A DNA stretch of 63,284 nt, filler included, from Perkinsus chesapeaki ATCC PRA-425 (lineage: Eukaryota; Protista; Perkinsozoa): NCBI GenBank assembly GCA_013115145.1. It is 9 parts of 9 records of this genome, joined end to end, with 100 filler letters (N's around TTAATTAATTAA, not from the genome) between each part and the next. Parts side by side here need not be neighbours in the genome. Positions count along the whole stretch, not along the records: positions 27,844 to 42,248 come from JAAPAO010000753.1; 8 more parts are not named here. One strand, written 5' to 3'. A program made the position numbers and the translations under genes. The notes beneath the pieces were generated by a model. It was given only the letters and a program-made list of their open reading frames with translations. It was not told the origin of the DNA and did no database searches. How positions within the stretch are numbered: the stretch's first letter is position 1; each line of letters starts with the position of its first letter. Shown piece by piece: positions 27,970 through 39,086 of this stretch.

Positions 27970-29236
27970 GAAAGGAGCAAGTTAAACCACTAACCTGGTA
28001 AACTAAGGTTCCTTAAGCGCTCCATTCATCAAATGAGTCCCCCACGCATCCCTCACGGCACTGCAAATCAATGAGAATAACGAGCATTGATAATACGCCG
28101 CTCAGGGAACCATTCTGCGTACCGTTCGATTTCCGTTCTACTTTAAACTTGAAGGTCGCAATATAGGTCGTAAATGGAGTCATTCTCAGCGAGTAGCCGG
28201 GTAGACTTCTCCACAACCTCCAGCCATCATCAGGATGAATCCATCAGCAGCACAGTGTTTTTGCGGGAGAAGAACTTCAGGATTCCCCCAGCGGAACTGT
28301 TCCTTTGTGCCGGTCACCGTAACCGTGTCACCGGCCCCGCGTCACCGTTAGTCGCAGAGCTCCAATGCGTGGGTTTTGAATAGATGGAATGATATGATGG
28401 TCCGATGTCGAAGGGACACAAGGATCATGTTTGCCATATGCAACGTTGGCTCGCTCCTTGTGTTGGAATTTCCGAGCTCGAAAGCGATCGAATTGTGCTG
28501 CCGGGGACACTCCCAGTGTTCCTTCACGAGCACTCACCCAGCGCCGAATGGCTTAGTGAGCTGAATTCCACCGAAGTCAGGTCGACGTCAAGTTGTTGCC
28601 GCTACTCGAAATCACATCATCCAGAAGAAGCCTTTTCCGTTTACAACTTCAGCTGCGTGCCATACTAAGGCATAATTATGCTCTCTCATTGCGATACTTG
28701 TTCTCGGTGATGATCGAGTTGAGAGCGAACTGTATACTGCAAAGTTGGCAATAGAAGAGAATTGGCTTCTCCTCAATATATTCTCGGTTGCCACATCAAT
28801 TCAAAAACGCAACTCAGCTCATGTTCTGTTTAGCTTCGGATCTATACTCAGAGAACCTCCCGAGCTCATTCTCAACTAAATACGAGGACCTGCGGGAAGC
28901 AGCTGTTAAGACCGTACGATCGCCTTCGACAGGCAATATAGCCAGCATGTGTAAACCCACATCTCAGGCTAAGGGATTCTACCGAGCGCTCCTTTGAAGG
29001 GCACCCACGGTGGGACCGGAAGAAAATCTTAGAGAACTGTGACGAATGGTATCAGGTCGAAACCGTCAACGTGAGGAGCTCTACGCGATACAGCAAGATG
29101 AGAGTTGACTCACGAACTGGACGATCTGCAGCTGAAAGTGGCGGTCTTCTATTGTTGATATAGGGAAGGGGATTCTAATAAAAGTTATAATATTACCCCG
29201 CAAAGTAGAATATCGATAAGAGGCCAATGCCAAGTA

Positions 29237-30364
29237 CTAGTATGGTGCCTCCTTGCGTACGCATCTACAATAAGCTTCATCTTGATTATAAGGATCATCG
29301 AATACAGAGTAGGCAGTAGCATTAGTGGTTCCGAAACAACCTTCATCATTTTTGGCATAATCCCAATATTTCATTAATGCACTCGCGGACTCATGGTCGA
29401 AGGGTTTCATTTCAGCACAACCATCTTGTCCTTCTGGGGTTACTCCAAAGTAGTTCATAAAATTATGATAATACGTCATACGTGATTTAGATTGATAACT
29501 CTCCTCGCCTTTGCCACATTCTATGAATCCATTAACAATAAGAGTTGTAACTCCAAAACCAGGAATCCTGTGCTGATCAATGTCATGCTGGTTAGGCTTC
29601 CAGTGGCCGGTCACAACATCATGCATAGAAGGGAAAAGTCCAGAGGGTGTCATATAGAAGTAGATGGCGCTGGCAAATATTTGCCAATCTTCTATGATAA
29701 GTCCTGGATTATCTAACAGAACCGAAGCGTTGCCATGCATAGCAATCGAGAATGGCCCATAGTTGAAATTCCAACTTAACTGGAGAGCCCCTCGGCCCCA
29801 GTAGCCAACTCCATCACGACACTTGAACCAATTTTTAGAGGAGTCCGCGTCGCAGTATTGGCATGCGGTAGGAGTGCATCCATTCTCCTCAAAGAACCAG
29901 AGTGCTTCCAACCAGAAATCCTCGTTCGGCGGGGCCCGCTCACCCGTCTCCTGGGCAAAGTGAGCGAAGAGTGTCGCCAGTTCTGTGCGGCAGATATCAT
30001 CAAGACTGTCGCTATCGGCCTTACCAGCAGCATCGTTACAGAAATAAGGATACTTGGCCACAGCCTGGAGGAATTTCTCATAAGTGTACCTCAAACCATC
30101 ATGAATACCCTTCCCTTGATTAGCATGGGTGAAGAGAGCGGTGAAGTTCTCCTTTGGTAGAACACGTTTAACCCTTTGACAGTTCTCGGCCTGTTCCACA
30201 ACCTCACTTGATGGCACTCCGGGTAGACGTATAGTCCGGTTGGCAATGGCAAGCACCTCGTCAGGGATTGAAGGGTGCTCCTTACATGATGAGGGGGAAC
30301 CAACAACCACTCCTTGAATTACGCAAGGGATGACCGTGCAGAAGATTGTTGCGATGGATAACAT
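29237..30364 (-). CDS. Secreted glycoside hydrolase family 19 chitinase, intronless, 375 aa
   Basis: Hydrophobic N-terminus, then YTYEKFLQAVAKYPYFC, ELATLFAHFAQETG (catalytic Glu), YWGRGALQLSWNFNYGPFS, ASAIYFYMTP, PGFGVTTLIVNGFIECG. Confidence 0.93.
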   Translation of the reverse strand: MLSIATIFCTVIPCVIQGVVVGSPSSCKEHPSIPDEVLAIANRTIRLPGVPSSEVVEQAENCQRVKRVLPKENFTALFTHANQGKGIHDGLRYTYEKFLQAVAKYPYFCNDAAGKADSDSLDDICRTELATLFAHFAQETGERAPPNEDFWLEALWFFEENGCTPTACQYCDADSSKNWFKCRDGVGYWGRGALQLSWNFNYGPFSIAMHGNASVLLDNPGLIIEDWQIFASAIYFYMTPSGLFPSMHDVVTGHWKPNQHDIDQHRIPGFGVTTLIVNGFIECGKGEESYQSKSRMTYYHNFMNYFGVTPEGQDGCAEMKPFDHESASALMKYWDYAKNDEGCFGTTNATAYSVFDDPYNQDEAYCRCVRKEAPY

Positions 30365-31499
30365 GAAAGGAGCAAGTTAAACCACTAAACCACTACGAAA
30401 CCAAAGACGTCGACAATTATCATCTACAGGTTACTACTCGCAGAGACCCAACGGCTTCCTAGACGAGGCCATTAGGCCTCCGTGTGCACGGGGAGAAGGG
30501 CACAGGAGAAGGCGCGCCCGCACCGTCACGGCGCTACCGTGCGTGCAGCAAGCCATCGACCGCTGAGGAGGGGGAGTTACCTGTCGAGTTCGGAGTTCAC
30601 CGTTAAATTTCCTCATATTCTCCACGGTAGGCGACTTACAGCGTGTGCTTAGAGCCCAGAGTTATGCTCCGCAGCTGAGAGTCTCCAAGTGTAACAGTGA
30701 ATTTTCCCATCTACAATCCGGCGAAAGTTTGTGTCACAACAAATCAGCTTGCCAGCCTAAGCCTTATATAGAACTCAGACTCTGTCCAAGGTATGGTATT
30801 GGAGAACTGTAATTGAATGAGGACTGACAAATGGGTTGCCTCCGCCTTTTGTCTTCCTTGGAATTGAGGGTGACCTTTCACCGCGCAACTTGCGCGCTGA
30901 AGTGAGGTACTAGTTTCAGCTGCTGGTTCCTTGCACGCACACTTGAAGCTTGTTCGTACAGTGTGGTGCTGTCAACACTGTCAGTGTTGCCGATTGAATC
31001 TGGGCTCACGTCCGACTGGGACTCTATTCTTACCAGGGCCTCCTACTCATGTCCTGATCTCTTCCGGGCAAGGGCGCCAATGGCGCCGCTCCATGAAGAG
31101 GGTGTCCGGACTATTGACTAGCACCGCCAGCAGCTGTCACACTGTGTTGGTCCCTCAACGGTCATTGACGGGCGCTGACCCTAAGATGGAACGGCCTCTT
31201 TGCGGAGCTTACGTCCTGTGGTCAACTTGCAGGCTTTCTTGGTACGTTACGGGAAGATGTGGCCCCACGGCACGGCGACGCGCGCATGGCGCGTGACGCG
31301 CCACGCATCCTCCACAAGAATACGGCAGAATACTCAAGAATATATAGTATCCTTCAAGAATACTATGCTCTTCCTCTGGGAGACGGCATCTGCTCGGTAT
31401 GGAGCGCCGCAGCAGGTTGCTGAAGAACAGCCGTCAAGGAAGCCACATGCCTAACACCTCAAGTACTAAACGCTAGGATATTGAGCTAAGTTGGGTTAG

Positions 31500-34463
31500 G
31501 AGAAACCGTACGGAAAGATACTTGTAAAATAGAAGGGCCCCCCTTTAGGAGATTAAGTAGCGTAAGCCAGACTGGCTTAGCCATCACGGATTCAACTGTT
31601 AGTGAGTATCCTAGTATGTTCACCGATTTTCGGTGCAGGCGAACTGCCTGTCCTCGCAAACTCCAACCTCGATTTGGCCTTGTGGTAGGTTAGGCATCCC
31701 TTCTTCGAGACGGAATCCTTCTGGAGGAGTACATTCTCCCTCCACGTAGTCTCCGTTGACTTCGTACGTTTGGAAAGATTGTGAGGCAACTCATTTCCAT
31801 AAGGTACGGAACCTCACCCTCTGAGCTCCTCTCTTGAGTAGTTGCTACTGCAGGGTGCAGGAAAAGGGGCCTTCGTCAATTCGTGCGCGGGAGTGGTGCC
31901 ATTCGGAAGCACTACACTCTATATTCCTTCGTGAATGACATCAAGCCGACTTACGGTTTCACAAGAATGGTTACATGCGCTGCCGTATTTGATAATTACC
32001 TCCGGAAAAGCGCTAATTGTTCAACGCGCGCGTGCGGCTACCCTGTTATTAGCCAGAGAACCTTGCTTCTACAGAATACTTGTTAGCTTGATGTTAGCCA
32101 ATCGTTGAGAATGGGTGTCTCGCTTGTGTTTGTCGGAATGGGTGATGCTGTGTTTGGAAGTCCCAAGGTCTACTGAGTCGTTACGATACTACTATCGTCC
32201 CTTTCAATAGGACAATAACACATCACTGGCAAGTATGGGAAATAATGTACCAAATGGATGACGAGTTGATCGAGAGCAATAGTGTACTTTGTCGATTATA
32301 GAAAATCCTTCTGGTTCCCTTTGCTCGACCTTTTCTTGTCCGGGGATGGCGTCCTGGGTGGCAAGGACGACTTCCTGAAACAAACCTTTAATACGGGGAA
32401 GGCCTAGGCCACTAAGCCACACGAGTAGAACTCAGACAACTGAGACTCAGAGTCTCAGTCTGCGAGTCGATAACTGGGAAGTTTGTGAGGTTACCGTCTG
32501 CCTGCAATAGCATCGATCTGAGTTTGATCAGCTGTCCAGTCGAGCTCATCGAACAGGAAGTCCAAGTCGCCCTCATTCTCAACAAGTGCCTAACGAACGA
32601 ACTGCTTGGATGCGTCGGTCTGCCGCTAGTCACCTCTTCATTTGCTCCCTCTCCTTCGGCCTCCGGAGAGGCGCCAATGTTACTTTGCCGCTTTTGTTGA
32701 CGGTCTGCTCTTAACCGTTCTTTGTAACGCATGCACTCTTTTCTAACCTGAACAACACTAATAGTCAAGCCTACGGTCTCATACTTGTTTCAACACAGTC
32801 TCCTTCCATCGCTTGAATTCTTCCTCGTATTCCTGATGCCCATGATGCCTCCCTCCACACCTACAGCGTCACCTTACTTGCATAACTCGTTCAACTTTCT
32901 GTTCAGCCTTCGCCTTGGCCTCCACGTGAGCTGCCAGCTCCCTCGCATGGGTAGTATCCCGAAGCTCCAATGAAGCTATGCAAAAGGCCGTCACCCAACA
33001 GTGCCCAGGACCGCTTACCGCGCGCTCTGTTAAGCATAGCAAGTGCGTTGGAGAGTGCCGTTTCGTACTGGTCCAGGTCGAAGTTGTGGGTGATTGGAGT
33101 TCCATCAGAATCCGGAGGGCTCTCTGGACCAAAGCCAACCAGAGCGTTGATTTCATACCTTACACAATTGGCCAAAACACAGAAATATTTTGTACATGAG
33201 AACCGGTCGAAGTTCGGCTGAGTTGTGGCCGAACGCGGTGGGGTCATCGAGGAGCTGAAGTATCTCATTGCACATGTTACAATAGGCGTATCTGAAGTAT
33301 CCTTCCTCAGTGCGAGATGCACGCGTCAACCTTTGAGGAGGAGGAGGTGTTCTAGCCGAGGCCCTCTGGCGGCTGGAAGGCCGGGAGGATGCTGCGCTGC
33401 CAGGCTCGGCGCCGATAAGGTCCCTCCACAACCTTTTCAGCCCTTTGCTGACCGTCGTGCCTAATAGCAATGCTACAAAGCGTCTGGCTAGGTGTAGTCT
33501 ACCGGAAAAGTAGGAGCCGCGATTTGACGAGGAGCTTTCTGATATGACAGAAGAGCTCCGACCGTGCAGCTGATCTCTGATCTGATCATCAGGTACGTGA
33601 GGCTGGCTACTGAATGGCTGCCTACCTCCATATGACAGGAAAGCTCATCATTTTTCGCTTTCATTGCTGCCAGCTCAACTGCTTGGTCAACAATCTTACT
33701 CTGTAAGATAACCGCTTCAGCAGCCTACTTGCGCATGAGTGTGCTGCCAGCAACACCACAAAGCAGCAGCGACGGTACATTATTCGATATCTCAGACTCT
33801 GCTTGCTCCCGGTACTCGTAGAGTTCTCTGGAAATGGCGTCCAGTTGCGCTTGCAGTTGATTCTGATAAACCACGAGCTACAGCTAGACGCAGCTGGATA
33901 CCCGTACACTTTTCGAGCGATCGAACACTGCAGCTTCCTCGGCCTTTTGAGCGTGCTGCCGCCATTCGGCCGACACCTGCTCCATGAGATGGCCGCTTGC
34001 TGTTCAGTTTGCTATACCTGCTTTAACTTGGCGACCTCCGTGTCCCTATGCATAAGTTGGGCGTGTAACTTATCGCGTTCTCGACCGAGTTGGAGCACCC
34101 TTCCGCCGCACTCCTCCTGAAGGGACCATGATTAGCCTCTCTAAGATGTATCGTTTTGACTTCTAAGTCTCGCAGGCGTTGCTCTAGGATCTCCTCGTGG
34201 CCATCGGCCCCGGCCGGCATCCTCTCTGGTGGTATGAATGAGCGATGCCCCCTAATATACAGTTGCTCATCATCAGTGTTTGACAGATTGCTGTCGTACT
34301 CTCCTCCCATGGCGAGGTGTCGTTGATGTTGTGTGAGATTGTCGAGGTCGCACACTACACATTGGGACCAAGAGCAGTCTGGGCAGGTATGGGATATGAC
34401 AGAACCCTCAGTGAGGACGGCCGCTATCTGATGCCGAAGCTCACTTAAGACAGAAAGCGACAT
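31500..34463 (-). CDS. Hypothetical multi-exon gene or decayed element with CxxC and coiled-coil segments
   Basis: Protein-like blocks (CPDCSWSQCVVC, AISRELYEYREQAESE, VLANCVRYEINALVG...) with short GT-AG introns. No family recognised, reading frames ambiguous. Confidence 0.3.
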
Positions 34464-35383
34464 GCAGTCGAATAGTTACATGTACCAATTGAGTGATTCG
34501 AAAAGGAAGTGATTGAAATGCGTAACAGATAAGAACAAGCACCGATCAGCAGCTGGTCGTTGCTAAGCACTCATGAACTAACAGATGTCACCAGCCTATC
34601 GGCATATTTCGTTGGCCTGATGTTTCTTGCCTGGGATAGAGCTATTCCACACTTGCTGCAACAGGAGCCTTCAATATCATCATCGTCATCAGCCCCACAG
34701 GCAACAGGTACCAAGAGCTACAGAAGAGCCTCGAAACTGTTATTCCTGTAAAGCTACTTGATCATCGCACGAAGGGCAATAGGGTGGTGCTTGAAGGCTG
34801 TTGAGAGCCAACCTTAGTCTGAACTGCTGTCATTATGGTATAAATTCACTTGACCGCTACTTACCTGTCACGGCCTGAAGTTGAGCCTGTGGTCAGAGGT
34901 TCTGTGGATGACCCTGAGATAGGAGTAGGCTTTCAAACGAGACTACAAGATACTTGGTCTTATATGAGGGCTGGAGGAGGACACAGAGCGAGCTTCCCGA
35001 GGAGAGTTGCCGCCGCCGCCTTTCCAGTGACCGAACAGAGCTGACAACGCCAAGCCAAGGTGCTGCGCCAGTCTCCCCTTCCACCGCCACCCCTACGTCG
35101 ACCCTCGCCCTTCTCATCCACTAGCTTGTCATCAAACGCACTGTCGGCATATCTGTCGGCGGAGACTAACATCACCGCAATGGTTACAATGGTTACCTGT
35201 CTCGAGGGCTGTTGGTCCAGACCTGACCTTCTTGCTCTGCCCTATACCGAACCCTAGATAGCTTCGTCTGAAGATCCTCGGTGGCACTATTTATCGAGAT
35301 GCTTCTGTCGCGAGGATGCTCGCCGTCCGAGGACTTCATGAATCTTGCGTATGAGTGCCTTCACCAAATAAACAACTCAACAA

Positions 35384-35830
35384 GGAGGTTAGCTAGATTA
35401 TTGATCAACTCTGCCTTGACGACAGGACAGCTACTTCAGCAAAGAGGGCCAAGCCCGACGAGTAATAATCAGGTACTAAGGAGCGAGCTGATTATGAATC
35501 AGGGACTAGAGACCGACAACTTTGTCATGCTGAGATACGGCGATAGTGACGACGCCGTCAATCAGGTCCTGGGCGGAGGTTAGCGAGATTATTGATCAAC
35601 TCTGCCTTGACGACAGGACAGCTACTTCAGCAAAGAGGGCCAAGCCCGACGAGTAATATNNNNNNNNNNNNNNNNNNNNNNNNNNNNNNNNNNNNNNNNN
35701 NNNNNNNNNNNNNNNNNNNNNNNNNNNNNNNNNNNNNNNNNNNNNNNNNNNNNNNNNNGGACTAGAGACCGACAACTTTGTCATGCTGAGATACGGCGAT
35801 AGTGACGACGCCGTCAATCAGGTCCTGGGC
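35384..35830. repeat. 191-bp tandem duplication containing the last exon and 3' flank of trHb copy 1; second unit interrupted by N gap
   Basis: GGAGGTTAGC starts at 35384 and 35575. The ...GGACTAGAGACC...CTGGGC block occurs twice. Confidence 0.8.
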
Positions 35831-36271
35831 GACGCCTAAGATGCTTGGATACTGCAGCGGCAACTGGGGTGCTTACCCAATTCCTTTAAGGTGTTCCCGA
35901 GGTTTTCGACGACGGCATTGAACTGTTCCTCGGTGATATTGAGGCCAGCATGAGCAGCCTTCATACTAACAAGGACGAGGTGATATAGATAACAGTCAGT
36001 GGTGATTCATACCTTCGACCGGTGTAGTCGTTGGGACCGCCGAAAGCGAAGGTTAGGAAGTTCTTCTGATGAACCTTGAGCTTGCTCATATCCGTTTTAG
36101 CGAATACTTGCTTAATGCGGACATCAGAGAGATTCTTCTTGTAGAACCTAAAAAGGAAGGTTCCAGTATGGCGGGTGAAGTGGTAATAGGGAGTGATAGT
36201 AGTTCTACTCACAGATCAACTGCAGCCTCAACTGCAGCCTCGCCCCCGAGCTTATCGTAAAGAGTGCTCAT
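35762..36271 (-). CDS. Group I truncated (2/2) haemoglobin, copy 1 (4 exons)
   Basis: Spliced: MSTLYDKLGGEAAVEAAVDLFYKKNLSDVRIKQVFAKTDMSKLKVHQKNFLTFAFGGPNDYTGRSMKAAHAGLNITEEQFNAVVENLGNTLKELGVAQDLIDGVVTIAVSQHDKVVGL*. Shows the LGG, FY(B9-B10), AFGG and proximal His motifs of trHbN. Confidence 0.93.
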
Positions 36272-37435
36272 GAATGTTGCGAGGGAAAAAACTGGACAGA
36301 ACGGCGGAAGAATGCTTAGGAGACATCGACAATCCCGAGTGTAGGGTGAACAAACTTCCAGCGCCTTGTGGACCTAAACTGAGTCTTCCTAGAGACCATC
36401 GGCATTCCCGCATGAAGGCCGTCGGAGTCGTGTCCAGTCTCGAGATCATCAGCGTAGGTATGAGCAGCAGCGGCTGCTTGCACTTCCCGAGTAGGTTTTA
36501 GACAATGATCAATCGCAGCGCCTATCGCATGCGTGCGGATCAACTGTCACGTGGAAAGCTTATCCCTGCGACATAGGTGGGCGGATGAAAGCGATAATAC
36601 GAGAATAACGAAGAGACTTAACTTATTGTGATAAATAGAGTTATCAGGCGCTAAGGTCAGGATACCGCACAAATATTGATGAACAGATCCACTGGCCGCG
36701 AAGGAGACAACGAAAGAGATGTCACAATTTTCATCGTCTTGAATTGTCTCCCATCCACACAGAAACACCAATCTAGAAGAAGGGCTCTTGAAGAGAATAA
36801 TTGAATGCATGAAAAAGCGAAGACGTTATATGTGGTGCGCGGAAGGAACCCTTATCTTAATGATGAGGATACTGTAGCCCTCCTTCAGGTATTGTCGATA
36901 GCGGTTGCTGCTGTTATATCGTACATAAATCTAATCCATTCGCTAAACACGTTAACCTGCAGCTTTGAATCCCCTGCTGCTGCCGCTGCTGATGGGGTGA
37001 AACCACAAGATGTACCTGTGTTGTTGTTGTTGGTAGTTAGCTTCATCTATCATCACTTCTCTCCGAGGTAGGTCTCAAGCTATCGTACCTCGGGAGGTAT
37101 ATTGCCAGACCACCGATGAGGCCGTTTTTGTGGGCGTAGCATGCGCACCGCCGGACTCTATGTCGAACTCTCTAGAGCTTCCTCTGAGAATCCTTGTGGG
37201 CTCTTCCTTCTTCGTGCAACCACAACGCTTGATGCATCCTTCAAGTGGAGGCCTTCGCTGGGCGAACAACTTAACAACTCAACAAGACGGTTTGCTCGAC
37301 TACCGCTTCTTCACACAAAAGGCACGACATCTCTGCCTGTACGGCAGATTAACTACGTTTGACTTGGAAAAAGGAAGAAGATCCACACCGAATGACAGTG
37401 ACTACGGGATCGGTGTAATGAATATACGATAATGA

Positions 37436-37933
37436 TTAAACGCCGACAACGCTGTCATGCTGGGCGGCGGCAATGGCAATAACTTCATCGACGAGTTCTT
37501 GAGCAACACCTAGGGGAAGGGTGGTTCATAACATCGCCGACCAGAGGGTGCTTACCCAATTCCTTTAAGGTGTTCCCGAGGTTTTCAGCGACGGCATTGA
37601 ACTGTTCCTCGGTGATATTGAGGCCAGCATGAGCAGCCTTCATACTAACAAGGGCCAGGTGATATAGATAACAGTCAGTGGTGATTCATACCTGCGACCG
37701 GTGTAGTCGTTGGGACCGCCGAAAGCGAAGGTTAGGAAGTTCTTCTGATGAACCTTGAGCTTGCTCATATCAGTCTTACCCCAGACGTGCTTAATGCGGA
37801 CATCCGAGAGATTCTTCTTGTAGAACCTGGAAAGGGCACCAATCAGATATCTGAGGGAGTAGTAGCAGGCTTACAGTTCAACAGCGGCATCAACGGCAGG
37901 CTCGCCGCCAATCTTCTCGTAAAGGGTGGCCAT
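37436..37933 (-). CDS. Group I truncated haemoglobin, copy 2 (4 exons)
   Basis: MATLYEKIGGEPAVDAAVELFYKKNLSDVRIKHVWGKTDMSKLKVHQKNFLTFAFGG...AAHAG...QHDSVVGV*. Same three intron positions as copy 1. Confidence 0.93.
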
Positions 37934-38579
37934 TATTACTTCAAGGAGCGGTGCGCGTCCAAAAAACTATGCAATAGAAAGTAAGCGAGGTGCAAGAGGG
38001 AGGGGAAAGCCAAAGAGGACAGTGCCTCAAACGCATGTTAATCAGATGGGGGGAGGATTGAAGCACTCCGTCGCCAAGGCTAGGTTACGTAAAGACAACA
38101 AGGGCTGAACGAGACGGAAGAGACGGGTCGCACCGAGACGGCAGCAATGCCGCTGATCAAAAGAGCTCGCCATGGTGGAAGGGCGCCGCATTTCGAGCGA
38201 ATAACGTATGTTTGCAAAGACGCCACTGCAACCTAATCTGTAAGGGTTGTTCATAGTACACCGTACGCATGCGCGCAAGGCCGCTGTCACGGGATTGGAT
38301 GTCACGTAAAATGACAGTACCCCGAAGCACGAAGAGTAATTAGTAATTTCTACCATCGACCAGGTAACTTTCCTTCCACCAATTGAATTAACTCAGCAAC
38401 ACTTTTATAGTTCCAAGGAAAACAGTAAAGGGCTTCTATAATGTAAATGCCCGAGCTGTGCGGTGTAAAGGCATTATGCTAGGAACTTGCTCGATTTAAC
38501 GAGCAGAACGACGACAGATACGGTGCATAGACACCGTAAGGCTCTTCTAAAACACCTCCGCCACTTTGGTTTGGAGGGT

Positions 38580-39086
38580 CTAGTGGCCCACAACATTATC
38601 ATGCTGACTAACTGCCACGCCAACAACCTCATCAACAAGCTCTTGTGCAACACCTAAGAAGCATAGTGACTGGCAGTGATTGGCTGATAAGGAGCTTACC
38701 GAGCTCCTTAAGGCTGTTAGCAAGATTCTCGACGACGGCATTGAATTGATCATCGGTAATATTGTAGCCAGCGTGAGCTGCTCTCATGCTAAAGAACAAC
38801 TATTCAGCAACAACGGTGGCAAGCTGATTGAAGAAGTGCCCTACCTGCGCCCAGTGTAGTGATTGGGACCTCCGAAAGCGAAGGTGAGGAAGCCTTTTTG
38901 GTGATCCTTCAGCTTGCTCATATCAGTTTTAGCCCAAACGGACTTGATGCGATCATCCGAAAGGTTCTTCTTGTAGAACCTGTTAAAAGCGTATAAGCAT
39001 TGCCGCCTGGCAAACATGGCGGCCTACAACTCAACAGCAGCATCGACGGCCGGCTCGCCACCAATTCTTTCATAAAGGCTGGACAT
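38580..39086 (-). CDS. Group I truncated haemoglobin, copy 3 (4 exons)
   Basis: MSSLYERIGGEPAVDAAVELFYKKNLSDDRIKSVWAKTDMSKLKDHQKGFLTFAFGGPNHYTGRSMRAAHAGYNITDDQFN...SQHDNVVGH*. Confidence 0.93.

Noticed and set aside
28013-28900. Decayed hAT transposase between the chitinase copies
   Set aside because: Only a CxxC motif is visible. No catalytic motifs or TIRs were found.
33930-33950. CTCGGCCTTTTG resembling the U2 snRNA 5' end
   Set aside because: 12-nt match only, with no branch-site recognition sequence or Sm site.
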